Shown here in pieces: positions 30,701-40,752 of a DNA stretch of 64,000 nt. Source of the stretch: an uncultured delta proteobacterium (GTDB lineage Bacteria > Desulfobacterota > Binatia > UBA9968); NCBI GenBank assembly GCA_963737905.1, contig CAVTUQ010000005.1, positions 1 to 64,000 of the forward strand, written 5' to 3'. A model generated the notes under the pieces. That model was not told the origin of the DNA. It searched no databases and saw only the letters and a program-made list of their open reading frames with translations. Positions within the stretch are counted from its first letter, which is position 1. Each line of letters starts with the position of its first letter. The position numbers were made by a program, and so were the translations under genes.

Positions 30701-32413
30701 GCGCTCGGTGAACGTCGCCTAATTCGTTCTGCAACGCTTCGCTTCTGCGGTGCGCTTCGTTCTTGGCCTCCTCGGTCTGTATGGCGGTCAGCTCCAGGTG
30801 CTGGAGGCGCTCCCGCAGCAGAGCGGTCTCGGATTGTGCGCTTTCAAGCTCGGCCGTGCGGTTTTGTAACCCTTGGGCCTTTTCTGCAGCGGTCGCTTCT
30901 AATTCTTGGACACGGGCCCGCAGGCCGTCTTCTATTGCCCGGGCGGCGGCGTTAGCTTCTTTAACCGTTTGTTTGTTGGCCAATTCGAGACAGGTGATTT
31001 GCTCCTGTAGGTCGCTCGTCCTTGCGGTGAGTTCGCCAACCTCTTGGCTGCGAGTCTCAAGCAGCCCCTGCTTCTCTGCCAACTCTCCCTGCAAATCGTG
31101 CAGCTGCGCGGTGAGACGTTCCTCCAATTCCCTCGTAGCCGCGTGATCTTGTTGTAAAGAAAAATCCTTCTCTTCAACAGCTGTGCGCAGCATAACCAGC
31201 TCGGCTTGCAGGGTTTCTCGGATTTGTGTTGCTTCACTTGCTGCAGCTTCGGTTTGTGCGGCGGTCAGTTCCAGGCGCTGGATGTGCTCCCGCAGCAGAG
31301 CGGTCTCGGATTGCGCGCTTTCAAGCTCGGCCGTGCGGTTCTGTAACCCTTGGGCCTTTTCTGAAGCGGTCGCTTCTAATTCTTGGACACGGGCCCGCAG
31401 GCCGTCTTCTATCGCCCGGGCCGCGGCCTTGGCTTCTTTGACAGTTTGTTTGTTGGCCAGTTCGAGGCAGGTGATTTGCTCCTGTAGATCGTTTGTCTTT
31501 GCAGCGAGCTCACCCACCTCTTGGCTGCGGGTTTTAAGCAACTCCTGTTTTTCCGCCAGCTGATTCTGCAGATCCTGCAGCTGCGCGCTTAGCCGCTCTT
31601 CCAGCTCCCTCGTCGTCGTCTGATTTTGTTGTAGCGATAAGTCCTTTTGCTCAAGTGCCGTGCGGAGCAGGCCAGTTCAGCTTGCAGGGTTTCCTGGATT
31701 TTTTTGCTTCGCTGGTCTGCCGCCTCTGTCTGCGCCCGGTTAGTGCGAGCTGTTGCATGTGCTGCCGCAGCAAAGCTCCGAGTGCCGACTGAGTGCTCTG
31801 CAGCTCCGTGCGTGCGGTTTTCCAGAAGTTCAGCTTTTGCGGCTAGCTGGCGCGCAAATCTCGGATTTCTGCGCGCAGTTTATCCTTCAACTTCTTTGAC
31901 TTGAAGTCTGAAGGAGCCTGCAGCGCCGATTCCTTCCTACTCGAGTTGTCCCTCTAGAGCGGCCAGTTCATCTTGCAAGGTTTCTTAGTGCGAGCTACTT
32001 CGACTCTCGATGCTGCATAGGCTTTTTGTACGGTTGATTCCAGACTGAGCGATGCGCTGCTGGAGCGCATGTGCGTCGGATCTGGCAGAATCGAGCTCCG
32101 TCTTGCCGAACTTGCAACAAACACTGAGTCGTAACAGCTGAGCGCTTGCAGCTCTTGAAGCCTCTGCTCTTAGATCTTGATCCGCCTGATGGGAAATCGT
32201 CTGTTGCGTTTCTAGAGCTAGTTCTTTTTGCTTGAGTTCTTTCTGGAGTGCGGTTAACTCTGCTTGAAAGCGTTCCTGAGCTCTTGCAGCCTCGTTCGCC
32301 GCCGTCGCCTGGGCTTGCTTTACATAGAGCTCCATCAAGCGCACTTGAGTGGAGAGAATCTCGTCATTTATAACGATCAAAGAGGGATGCATATTCTGCT
32401 TGCTGGAATCCAT
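27716..32413 (-). CDS. Giant repetitive coiled-coil protein (~1,560 aa; split by apparent indel errors)
   Basis: ORFs 31985-32461, 29241-31541 and 27716-29182 share continuous E/Q/L/A heptad composition. The break at 29374 is one extra T relative to the intact internal copy near 30712. Confidence 0.8.
29288..31530 (-). repeat. Three intragenic near-identical DNA repeats
   Basis: ctcttggctgcg at 29703, 31041 and 31518 (offsets 1338 and 477 bp), encoding RSQEVG..DLQEQITCLELANKQTVKEA..SETALLRE. Confidence 0.9.
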
Positions 32414-32469
32414 TAGCGGGCCCTTACTGTCGCTCCCGACGCACACGGCGAAACGAAGCAATGACCGAG

Positions 32470-32485
32470 TGCTAAAAGCGTGCCA
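32470..32485 (-). promoter_or_regulatory. Candidate sigma-54 (-24/-12) promoter
   Basis: TGGCACGCTTTTAGCA (GG-N10-GC), 57 nt upstream of the coiled-coil ATG. Confidence 0.7.
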
Positions 32486-32725
32486 CCCTATATTTATAAA
32501 GCTCCATGAAATCGGCTATTTAGGTTTTATTCTGTTGGAGAATCAGGGTAGTATTGACGACAAAAAGCAGAATTCTGGACAAAATCGAAAATCGTTTGAC
32601 AAAAATGTCTTGAGGCATTGACACAACGATATTTGAAGGGCGAGGAAATTACTTCAAAAATGGCCCGGCACTGTCAGGCAGAGCGTAATTGAAACGGGCC
32701 GAGGCCAGGGCTAAAATTCAACGTC

Positions 32726-33790
32726 ATGCCAGCCTATTTTAGAAAAAATATTGACGCTCTCGCAGGCTATGTTCCGGGAGAGCAACCCCGCGACGAAAAC
32801 GTTATCAAGCTCAATACCAACGAGAATCCGTACCCTCCATCCCCGAGGGTTTTTGCGGCACTACGGACAGCGATCAATCGCTCGTTGCGTTTATATCCGG
32901 AGCCACTGGCTGATAGTCTGCGCGCCGTTGCCGCGAGCGTCTACGGTGTGAAGCCAGAAAATATTCTCGCTGGTAACGGCTCGGATGAGATTCTCTCGAT
33001 CCTGATGCGCTCGTTTGTTGGGCAACAGGATCGGGTGGCCTTTCCTGTCCCAACTTATTCTCTCTACGACACCTTGATTGCGATCCAGCAGGGAGAGCGG
33101 ATCACGGTGGCTTATCCGCCGGATTTTTCCATTCCCGAAGCATTGATATCGCAAAATGCGGCGCTCACTTTTTTGTGCAACCCCAATTCTCCTTCGGGAA
33201 CTCTCGTCTCGCTCCAGGACATTGAACGACTCGCGCGCGCAGTGTCGGGCATCGTCGTGATTGATGAAGCCTACGTTGACTTCGCCGAGAGCGAGGGGGC
33301 ATCAACCTTGCCGTTGATTCGACATTTCCCCAATCTCGTCGTGTTACGAACTTTTTCAAAATCGTTTTCGCTTGCTGGGATGCGTATCGGACTCGCTTTT
33401 GCGTCCGAGAAAATTATCTCCGGCATGATAAAAGTGAAGGACTCGTATAATTTGAATCGCTTGAGCTTGGTCGCGGCCACCGCAGCCTTGCAGGACATAC
33501 CTTGGATGATGCGCAATGTCAGACGGATCCAGCACAGCCGAACACGGCTCACCGCCGGACTCAGAAAGGTGGGCTTTTACGTTTATCCGTCGCATGCTAA
33601 TTTCGTCATGGCGCGAAAGAAAGAGCAAAATTTAAAAGGGGTCTACGAGAGGTTAAAAAGTCGGCAGATCTTAGTGCGGTATTTTGACGTACCCGGTCTA
33701 CACGACTCGCTTCGCATCACCGTGGGTACGCCCCAGGAAATCCAGTCCTTGTTGAAAGAGTTGAAGGCCATCCGCAACAATCCGACGTAA
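32726..33790 (+). CDS. hisC: Histidinol-phosphate aminotransferase
   Basis: YVPGEQP, KLNTNENPY, GNGSDE, NPNSPSG, DEAYVDF, RTFSKSFSLAGMRIG. Confidence 0.95.
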   Translation: MPAYFRKNIDALAGYVPGEQPRDENVIKLNTNENPYPPSPRVFAALRTAINRSLRLYPEPLADSLRAVAASVYGVKPENILAGNGSDEILSILMRSFVGQQDRVAFPVPTYSLYDTLIAIQQGERITVAYPPDFSIPEALISQNAALTFLCNPNSPSGTLVSLQDIERLARAVSGIVVIDEAYVDFAESEGASTLPLIRHFPNLVVLRTFSKSFSLAGMRIGLAFASEKIISGMIKVKDSYNLNRLSLVAATAALQDIPWMMRNVRRIQHSRTRLTAGLRKVGFYVYPSHANFVMARKKEQNLKGVYERLKSRQILVRYFDVPGLHDSLRITVGTPQEIQSLLKELKAIRNNPT

Positions 33791-33820
33791 TTGTTTTGCT
33801 GTAACAAAAGGGGGGCCAAA

Positions 33821-34237
33821 ATGGAGCGAATCAAAGTAACGGAGTTGGACCATATCGTTTTGAACGTCGGTGATATCCAACGTTCGCTCAAGTTTTACAC
33901 CGATGTGTTAGGGTTGCAGGCGGAGCGCCTTGATGACTTCAAGGCAGGGAAGGTTGGTTTTCCCTCCGTCCGGATCAACGGCGACACGATCATTGACCTG
34001 TTTCCGATTCAAGGCGCCGAGGATTTAGAAAACCAGGCAGAGAAGCGACAGGGAAACCTCAATCACTTTTGCATGGTGGTGGATCGACAGGATTTTTCAG
34101 GAATTGTTGATTATCTGGCGCAATATGGAGTTGCTGTACGCGAAGGCCCCGTGTCACGCTGGGGCGCGCGTGGCAGGGCGACCTCTGTTTATTTTCTCGA
34201 CCCCGACGGGAATGAGGTCGAGATCCGTTGTTACTAG
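33821..34237 (+). CDS. VOC/glyoxalase family protein
   Basis: LDHIVLNV, FYTDVLG, NHFC, SVYFLDPDGNEVEI. Confidence 0.9.
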   Translation: MERIKVTELDHIVLNVGDIQRSLKFYTDVLGLQAERLDDFKAGKVGFPSVRINGDTIIDLFPIQGAEDLENQAEKRQGNLNHFCMVVDRQDFSGIVDYLAQYGVAVREGPVSRWGARGRATSVYFLDPDGNEVEIRCY

Positions 34238-34291
34238 AAGACTTACTGGCAGGTGGTGAATTCGAGCCTCCCGTTGTGGCTGGCAAGAATT

Positions 34292-35605
34292 CTAGGCGTG
34301 CTTGGTTTCTTCCAGTTTGATCTTTACGATCCGCCTTCCCTCCATATCGACAATCGTAAGCCGGTAGCCGTTGTGCTCAACTCTTTCCCCGCCGCGGGGG
34401 ATGCGTTGCAGCTTTGCCAAAACAAAACCCGCCAGTGTGTGATAATCGGGAGACTCGTCGAAGGGTAGATTAAAATCGGACTTTAGATCCTTTAGCAGAG
34501 CGGATCCCTGAATTACCATGGATCCATCGGGGAGGCGCTCCACGGGGCCCCGCTCTTCCCGATCATATTCGTCGCGAATTTCTCCCACGATCTCTTCCAA
34601 CAGATCTTCCAAGGTCGCCAGACCCTCCACTTCGCCGAATTCGTTAACCACCAGAGCCATGGCAAGGCGGCGGCGCTGCAGTTGCTTGAGCAGCTCGCTG
34701 ATGCGGAGCGAGCTGGGAACAAAAAACGCCGGGTGGAGGTGGTCGCGAATATTGAAGTCGGTTTTTTCTTGCAAGGCCTTGAAGACGTCCTTGTTGTAGA
34801 GAATCCCGATGATGCGGTCCAGTTCTCCCTCATAGATGGGAATCCGAGAAAAGCCGCTCTCGACAAAACTTTGCGCAACCTCCTCCAGCGAGGCGTGGAC
34901 TTCGAGGGCATGGATTTCGGTACGCGGCACCATCACAGCTTTCACCGGCGTGTCTGCAAACTCAAAGACACTGTGGATGAGTTCTTGCTCCAATTCGTTG
35001 AAGATTCCCTTGGCTGCGCCCTCACGAATCAGGGACTTCACTTCATCGACCGAGATAAAGCTGGCTCCTTCGGCTTCTTTGCCGCCGAAAATCCTGAGCA
35101 CGGCGTTGCTGGACATCGTCAGAGCCTTCACCAACGGCGAACTGATCCGAGAAAGGAAATCAATGAGCGGTGCGGTGAGACAGGCGACGCGTTCTGAAAA
35201 GCGCAGCGCTAGTGACTTCGGAACGAGTTCGCCCAGGACCAACGACAAGTAAGAAATGGGCAACACGACCAAAAGAATAGCCATGAGTTCCGACCACCGA
35301 GCGATGAGCGGGACGGGCAAAGCCGCAATTTTTGGCTGCAAATAACCGATGGCGGCGGCGCCGCCGATAGCTGAGGCCAAAGAACTGACTACGGTCACGC
35401 CGATCTGTACCGTAGCTAAAAACCGATCGGGATCGTTCTTCAGCCGCGCCACCGCACCGGCGGCTTTTACGCCCTTTTCCAGGAGGGCATCGATGCGGCT
35501 TTTGCGGGTGGCGATAATGGCAATTTCAGCCGCTGCGAAAAAACCGTTCGCCAAAATCAAAGCGAATATGAGGCCGGGCTCAAGCCAAATGAATTGACGG
35601 ATCAT
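34292..35605 (-). CDS. CNNM/CBS/CorC hemolysin-family transporter
   Basis: NGFFAAAEIA, GELVPKSLA, SRIPIY, TLEDLLEEIVGEIRDEYD, TLAGFV. Confidence 0.95.
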   Translation of the reverse strand: MIRQFIWLEPGLIFALILANGFFAAAEIAIIATRKSRIDALLEKGVKAAGAVARLKNDPDRFLATVQIGVTVVSSLASAIGGAAAIGYLQPKIAALPVPLIARWSELMAILLVVLPISYLSLVLGELVPKSLALRFSERVACLTAPLIDFLSRISSPLVKALTMSSNAVLRIFGGKEAEGASFISVDEVKSLIREGAAKGIFNELEQELIHSVFEFADTPVKAVMVPRTEIHALEVHASLEEVAQSFVESGFSRIPIYEGELDRIIGILYNKDVFKALQEKTDFNIRDHLHPAFFVPSSLRISELLKQLQRRRLAMALVVNEFGEVEGLATLEDLLEEIVGEIRDEYDREERGPVERLPDGSMVIQGSALLKDLKSDFNLPFDESPDYHTLAGFVLAKLQRIPRGGERVEHNGYRLTIVDMEGRRIVKIKLEETKHA

Positions 35606-35886
35606 GAATTGCGTCTCCTATTTCTCTCCGGTTCTCGAACCGGAGAAAACGGCGGCGATTTTGCTGCTTTAACAAAGGGTTTCGAAGTGGGCGGGCCAAG
35701 TCTTGAAATTGTGACCAGGCATCAATGGAATTTTAGCTCTACGCCTTCAAAAGGCAAGGCCCGTGTTTTGCGCTAGCTAATCGGAATTACGACTCCACGC
35801 AAAGGGCTCCATTGATACGGTAGCAACGCCCAACGCAACCAAAATCTTCGTTTTGGATTCTTGCATCTTTGCAGTAGGATGGCGCC

Positions 35887-38151
35887 GTGGAGAATCAGGG
35901 CGCAGAAAAACGCAATGAGCGCACCGTATTGCAGGGAACCATCGGTCGAATTACCTACCAGCACCCCGACACGCACTACACGGTTGCACGGATCGAGATC
36001 GACGGGGCCCCCGCTGTGACGGTCATAGGTGTGATCTTTCCAGTTTCTGAAGGCGAAGAGATCAAAGTCACGGGGTTCTGGAAGACGCACCCCCGCTATG
36101 GACTGCAATTCCAGGTCGATCATTGGGAGAAGATCGATCCGGCGACCATCGAAGGCATCGAAAAATATTTGGGCTCCGGTTTGATTAAAGGCATCGGTCC
36201 TACTTACGCGAGGCGGCTGGTGTCTGCCTTCGGCCTCGACACCTTGCGGGTTTTATCTGAGGAGCCCCTGCGCATTCTGGAGGTCGACGGCATCGGCGAG
36301 GTTCGGGCGCGTCGCATCATGCAAGCGTGGCAAGAACAGCGGGGCATGCAGGACGTCATGGTGTTTCTCCAAGGACACGGCGTAGGCGCGTCGATGGCAC
36401 TCAGAATCTATCGTGTGTTCGGTTCCGCGACTATAGACCGCATCAGAGAGAACCCGTACGGGTTAGCGCAGGAAGTTCACGGCATTGGATTTCTGCTCGC
36501 AGATAGAATCGCTAACAGCATTGGCATCAGTGGCGATTTCCCCCTCAGAGTTTACGCCGGAGTTCTCCATGTACTTAGAGAGTTTGCCGAGCAGGGTCAT
36601 TGCTTTGTGCCTCTGGTTACCTTGAAGCGCAATGCGGCGGCGATTCTAGGTGTGGAAGAAGATCCTGTGGAGGCTGCAGTCGAAAAGCTGGCGGCGGCGG
36701 GCAAGTTGGTTATCCAAGAAGCCGGCGATGGCGAAGTGAGACAGGTCTTTCTGGAAGAGCTGTATCACGCCGAGCGTCGGGTGGCCGCTGCTTTGCGCAA
36801 CTTGCTCTCGACGCCTTCTTCTTTGCAAAAGGAGAAAATCTCCGGTCCATGGAATAATTCCGGCGGAACATCACGCGGCGTTATTGATCTGGCGAGCCCG
36901 GAGCTGTTCGGACCTTCCACGGTCACCTTGGATGAAGATCAAGTTCACGCGACGCAGCAGGCCTTGCGTGAAAAGGTCTTGGTTATCACCGGCGGTCCTG
37001 GAACCGGCAAGACGACTCTACTGACGGTGCTCCTGACTATTCTCCGGCGGGCCAAAGTATCCTTCGTGTTGGCAGCGCCCACGGGCCGTGCGGCAAAGCG
37101 GATGACCGAGAGCGCTGGCGAAGAAGCGATGACGATCCACCGGCTCCTGGAATACAATCCTCGTGAAGGCGGCTTTCAGAGAAGCGAAGAGAATCCGCTG
37201 CAAGTCGATTTCGTGATCGTGGACGAGGCGTCTATGGTGGACCTGGTGCTTATGGATCACTTGTTGCGGGCAGTGGATCCACACACTCATTTGATACTGA
37301 TCGGGGACGTGGATCAGCTCCCGTCGGTGGGTCCGGGTAGTGTGCTGCGGGATCTGATCGATTCCGGGATTATTCCCACGGTGGTGCTGCGTCGTATTTT
37401 CAGGCAGGACCGCCAAAGCTTGATCGTGGTCAACGCCCATCGAATCCTCCAGGGCCATCACTTGGTTTTAGGCGAACAAGGCGAAAAACGGGATTTCGTT
37501 TTTATGGCACGAGAATCAGAGGAAGAAATTCTCCAAGCGGTCAAAGAGCTTTTGGTAAAGCACATACCGCATTCGCTGCAACTGGAATCGCAGAAAGTCT
37601 CGCAAGCCATTCAAGTTCTTACACCGATGCACCGCGGTCTGCTCGGTACGATCAACCTCAACCGCGAGATGCAAAACCTGCTCAACCCAGTCGGCGAAAG
37701 TTTGGAACGAAGTGGATCGCCCCTGCGTCTGGGCGACAAAGTGATGCAGCTGCGCAACAACTACGACAAAGGTGTCTTCAACGGCGACTTGGGGCGCATC
37801 GCCACCATTAACCGGGAAGAGAATAGTATTAAAGTCGACTTTTACGACAAGCTGGTAGAGTACGAATCCGACGAGCTGGACGAGATCAACCTCGCCTATG
37901 CGACGTCGGTGCACAAGAGCCAGGGAAGCGAGTACCCGATTGTCGTTATTCCGCTTCACACTTCGCACTACCTGCTGCTGCACCGCAGCATTCTCTACAC
38001 GGCGGTGACCCGAGGGAAGAAATTGGTTGTTCTGGTGGGTAGCAGAAAGGCGCTAGCAATGGCGATTCGTAACGTCCGGCTGGAGAGGAGAAATACCGGA
38101 CTAAAAGAGAAGCTGATCGAGATCTCCAAAACAGCGAGCCGATTCTTCTAA
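35887..38151 (+). CDS. recD2: ATP-dependent RecD2 helicase
   Basis: YLGSGLIKGIGP, GGPGTGKT, APTGRAAKR, VDEASM, GDVDQLPSVGPG, HKSQGSEY, YTAVTRGK. Confidence 0.95.
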   Translation: MENQGAEKRNERTVLQGTIGRITYQHPDTHYTVARIEIDGAPAVTVIGVIFPVSEGEEIKVTGFWKTHPRYGLQFQVDHWEKIDPATIEGIEKYLGSGLIKGIGPTYARRLVSAFGLDTLRVLSEEPLRILEVDGIGEVRARRIMQAWQEQRGMQDVMVFLQGHGVGASMALRIYRVFGSATIDRIRENPYGLAQEVHGIGFLLADRIANSIGISGDFPLRVYAGVLHVLREFAEQGHCFVPLVTLKRNAAAILGVEEDPVEAAVEKLAAAGKLVIQEAGDGEVRQVFLEELYHAERRVAAALRNLLSTPSSLQKEKISGPWNNSGGTSRGVIDLASPELFGPSTVTLDEDQVHATQQALREKVLVITGGPGTGKTTLLTVLLTILRRAKVSFVLAAPTGRAAKRMTESAGEEAMTIHRLLEYNPREGGFQRSEENPLQVDFVIVDEASMVDLVLMDHLLRAVDPHTHLILIGDVDQLPSVGPGSVLRDLIDSGIIPTVVLRRIFRQDRQSLIVVNAHRILQGHHLVLGEQGEKRDFVFMARESEEEILQAVKELLVKHIPHSLQLESQKVSQAIQVLTPMHRGLLGTINLNREMQNLLNPVGESLERSGSPLRLGDKVMQLRNNYDKGVFNGDLGRIATINREENSIKVDFYDKLVEYESDELDEINLAYATSVHKSQGSEYPIVVIPLHTSHYLLLHRSILYTAVTRGKKLVVLVGSRKALAMAIRNVRLERRNTGLKEKLIEISKTASRFF

Positions 38152-38855
38152 TTCTGTTGGAACAACCGGCCCAGCGCCTTATTGGTGTGGGTAATCCCCA
38201 GCTTCTTTAAGCAAGCCCAGAGGGTAGCTTGATTGCTGCTGATTACAGGCTTGCCGAGATCCTGTTCCAAGTCGTTGATTGCTTCGATCATGCGTGTGTT
38301 CGTACAGCTGAGGAAATAGCCTTCGGCGTTTGGTCGAGTATTCTCCTTAACAACCTGGATCCATTGTTCCGGCGTGACAGCGCTGTAGCCGTCGCTTTCA
38401 AGCCCGAGTCCCAGCTCATGGAGCACCGTAAATCCGGCTTCGGTGAGGTATTGGACCTCGTGCTCGTTGGTTTGTTTCACATAGGGACTGATGAGCACGA
38501 GTTTCTTGATGCCAAAGTGCGCGAATGCCTCCCGGATAGCCTGCGCCGTCGTGATCGTCGGGCAGCCGCTGGCGCTTTGAATCGTTTCCACCAAAGCGGC
38601 TTCGTGGGCGAGCCCATTTTCCATTGAATTGGCGGTACAATGAAAAACAATCAAATCAGGCTTGGTGTCCGATAGTGCTTCCGCTGCTTCGGTGAGAGAT
38701 TTTTTCAGCTCGCCCGGCGGCTTGCGCCACTGGCCGGTCATGCGGAGCCGGGTAATGTAGATCCCCGTACCCGGCGGCGCATATTGGTTGAATTGCGGCT
38801 CGGTCAGCCGATTGCCGGAGGGAATGATCAAACCGATGCGTGCTTGGGTATTCAT
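38148..38855 (-). CDS. Maleate isomerase/arylmalonate decarboxylase (Asp/Glu racemase) domain, in frame with upstream amidohydrolase
   Basis: RIGLIIPSGN, FHCT, ISPY, LSCTN, PVISSNQA; internal ATG at 38855. Confidence 0.85.
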   Translation of the reverse strand: MNTQARIGLIIPSGNRLTEPQFNQYAPPGTGIYITRLRMTGQWRKPPGELKKSLTEAAEALSDTKPDLIVFHCTANSMENGLAHEAALVETIQSASGCPTITTAQAIREAFAHFGIKKLVLISPYVKQTNEHEVQYLTEAGFTVLHELGLGLESDGYSAVTPEQWIQVVKENTRPNAEGYFLSCTNTRMIEAINDLEQDLGKPVISSNQATLWACLKKLGITHTNKALGRLFQQN

Positions 38856-39947
38856 AAGTCCTGGCGCTCCGAGGTTGTAAAACCTGCGAGCATTGCCGTG
38901 GAGGAAGGCGGCTTTGTCCGCGGCGGTCAATCCTTCGTTCTCCAACATTTCGTCGATTTCATGCTTGCAGAACTCGTTATTGACTTCATGTGGGAAATCG
39001 CTGGAATAAACAAAGGGCTTGTTGCCGATTCGCTTGACAGCATGGGCGACATCGGGTTCGTCGCCTTCGCAGCCGACGAAAATGTGCCCTTCGTCGACAT
39101 GGCGGGCGATGTAGTCGCTGACCTTTTCTTTGGGACGAAGCTCCAAAAAGCGCTTACGCGGATCGTGCTGAATGTGGGTCTCCCAGGAGCGGTCGAAGCG
39201 TTCCAAACAGACGAGCAACCAAGCAACCCCGCCTTCCATGAAGCCAAACTTCACGTTCGGGAACTTGTCGAAAACACCGTTGAAGACGATACCGCCAAAA
39301 GAAATCATCTGGCCAAAGGGATGGCCGAGGGCATGGACAGGGGCATAAGGAGTCACGTCATCGAGACCCAAATTCTCGTGGGCGCCGCCGTGGATGCCGA
39401 TGGCACAGCCCAGTTCGTTTGCCGCTTGATAGATTGGCCAGTAGCGCTTGTCGCCTAGGTTTGCCTGAATTCCCGTCGAAGGCAACATCGCGCCGCACAT
39501 ACCCAATTCTTTCACGGCTCTTTTTAGTTCTTCCACCGCCGCTTCCGGCTCCTGCAAGGGGATCAAGGCCATGCCTTTAAAGCGCGGGCTTCGCTTCATG
39601 TACGTTTGGTGCAACCAGTCGTTGTACGCGCGGGCGACGTCGATGGCCCAATCGCGGCTGACGATCTTGCCGAAAGCGAGACCGAGAGTGGTGTAAAGAA
39701 CGGAGGTCTCAATCCCCACGTCTTCTAAAAAGTCTATCCAGCCGTCAGGACCGACCTTATTGAAGGCACCCGGCGGAAAGTCATGGAGGTTCGACGAATG
39801 AAGATGGTCAAGCGGCGGGAATGGATTGAAGAAGGGATGGGTATCGTATTTCTCCTGATATACCGCGGGCATGAATTCAACGATCGCTTTGGTATCTTCA
39901 ATCACATGTCCGTCGCCATCGACGATGGTGTGGCCTTTGAATGGCAT
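38856..39947 (-). CDS. Amidohydrolase_2 family protein (reads through into downstream domain)
   Basis: VDGDGHV, AYNDWL, FMEGGVAW, YSSDFPH, NARRFY. Confidence 0.88.
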
Positions 39948-40072
39948 AGATCATTCCTCCTGCTCCATTTGCTAATTCATATGTCACCAAGCCGTGGCCG
40001 CTTGTCAAGACTCAGCTAGCTCCTATACAAAGAGTGAGCGGCTCGTCTAGGAAAAAGAGCCTTTCTGCGAGG

Positions 40073-40726
40073 CTACTGAAGCGTCGCCGTTAGCACAAGG
40101 TTGGTTTCGCTGGAGGTGGAACGGTCGCGATACCCTAGGATCTGGCGCGTTACTTCGTGCACATTAGTCGTTGAGCCGCCTAGGGAAACCGGTTGCCCGC
40201 TGGGCACGATTAGCTCCGTCGTCGCTTCAGTGAAATCGATGGCGCCGGAGCGCTCGCCAGAGAAATAACTGATTCTTGGAGTTAAGCGCACTCTGATCTG
40301 GTTGTCGGGAAGAATGCCGGCATTGACACGAAGCGATGTGCCGACATTCGTGAACACGATTTGCCTCTGGATATAGCCGCTGCCAACGGCGTAATTATAG
40401 TAGTAAGCGGTCTGGCTGTAAGGCACTTGCGTAGCGACCGAAAGAATCGACTCGCCGCCATCCTGCACCAGTGTGAAAATACCGGTGGAGCGCTGTACTG
40501 TCGTCTGTCTGTCGCCTCCGGTTACACGACCGGAAGGATACACGTTTCCCTTTCGAATGATGACACTACCCGATCCCTGAAGCGATTCCTGGCTCTGGGC
40601 TCCGGACTGTTGGGACTCAACAAATACTTTTATTTGCCGGCGGTTTTGCGCGTTGCCGATGGGCAGCATGCCTAGCATCAGGCACACCAGAGCGACCATG
40701 GAGCGGACACCAAGACACGGTTTCAT
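40073..40726 (-). CDS. Secreted protein with minimal secretin-like C-terminal domain
   Basis: Signal peptide; VQDGGESILSVATQVPY..NVGTSLRV..IRVRLTPRIS..ATTELIVPSGQPVSLGG resembles the secretin core. Confidence 0.6.
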   Translation of the reverse strand: MKPCLGVRSMVALVCLMLGMLPIGNAQNRRQIKVFVESQQSGAQSQESLQGSGSVIIRKGNVYPSGRVTGGDRQTTVQRSTGIFTLVQDGGESILSVATQVPYSQTAYYYNYAVGSGYIQRQIVFTNVGTSLRVNAGILPDNQIRVRLTPRISYFSGERSGAIDFTEATTELIVPSGQPVSLGGSTTNVHEVTRQILGYRDRSTSSETNLVLTATLQ

Positions 40727-40752
40727 TGCTGGCATAGTTTCCCCGGTCAAAC

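Noticed and set aside
27716-32413. SMC or phage tape-measure protein
   Set aside because: No Walker motifs, hinge or TM segments, and no phage genes nearby.
32467-32475. CIRCE element (GAGTGCTAA)
   Set aside because: Only a half-site; there is no TTAGCACTC partner at 9-bp spacing, and it coincides with the sigma-54 -12 box.
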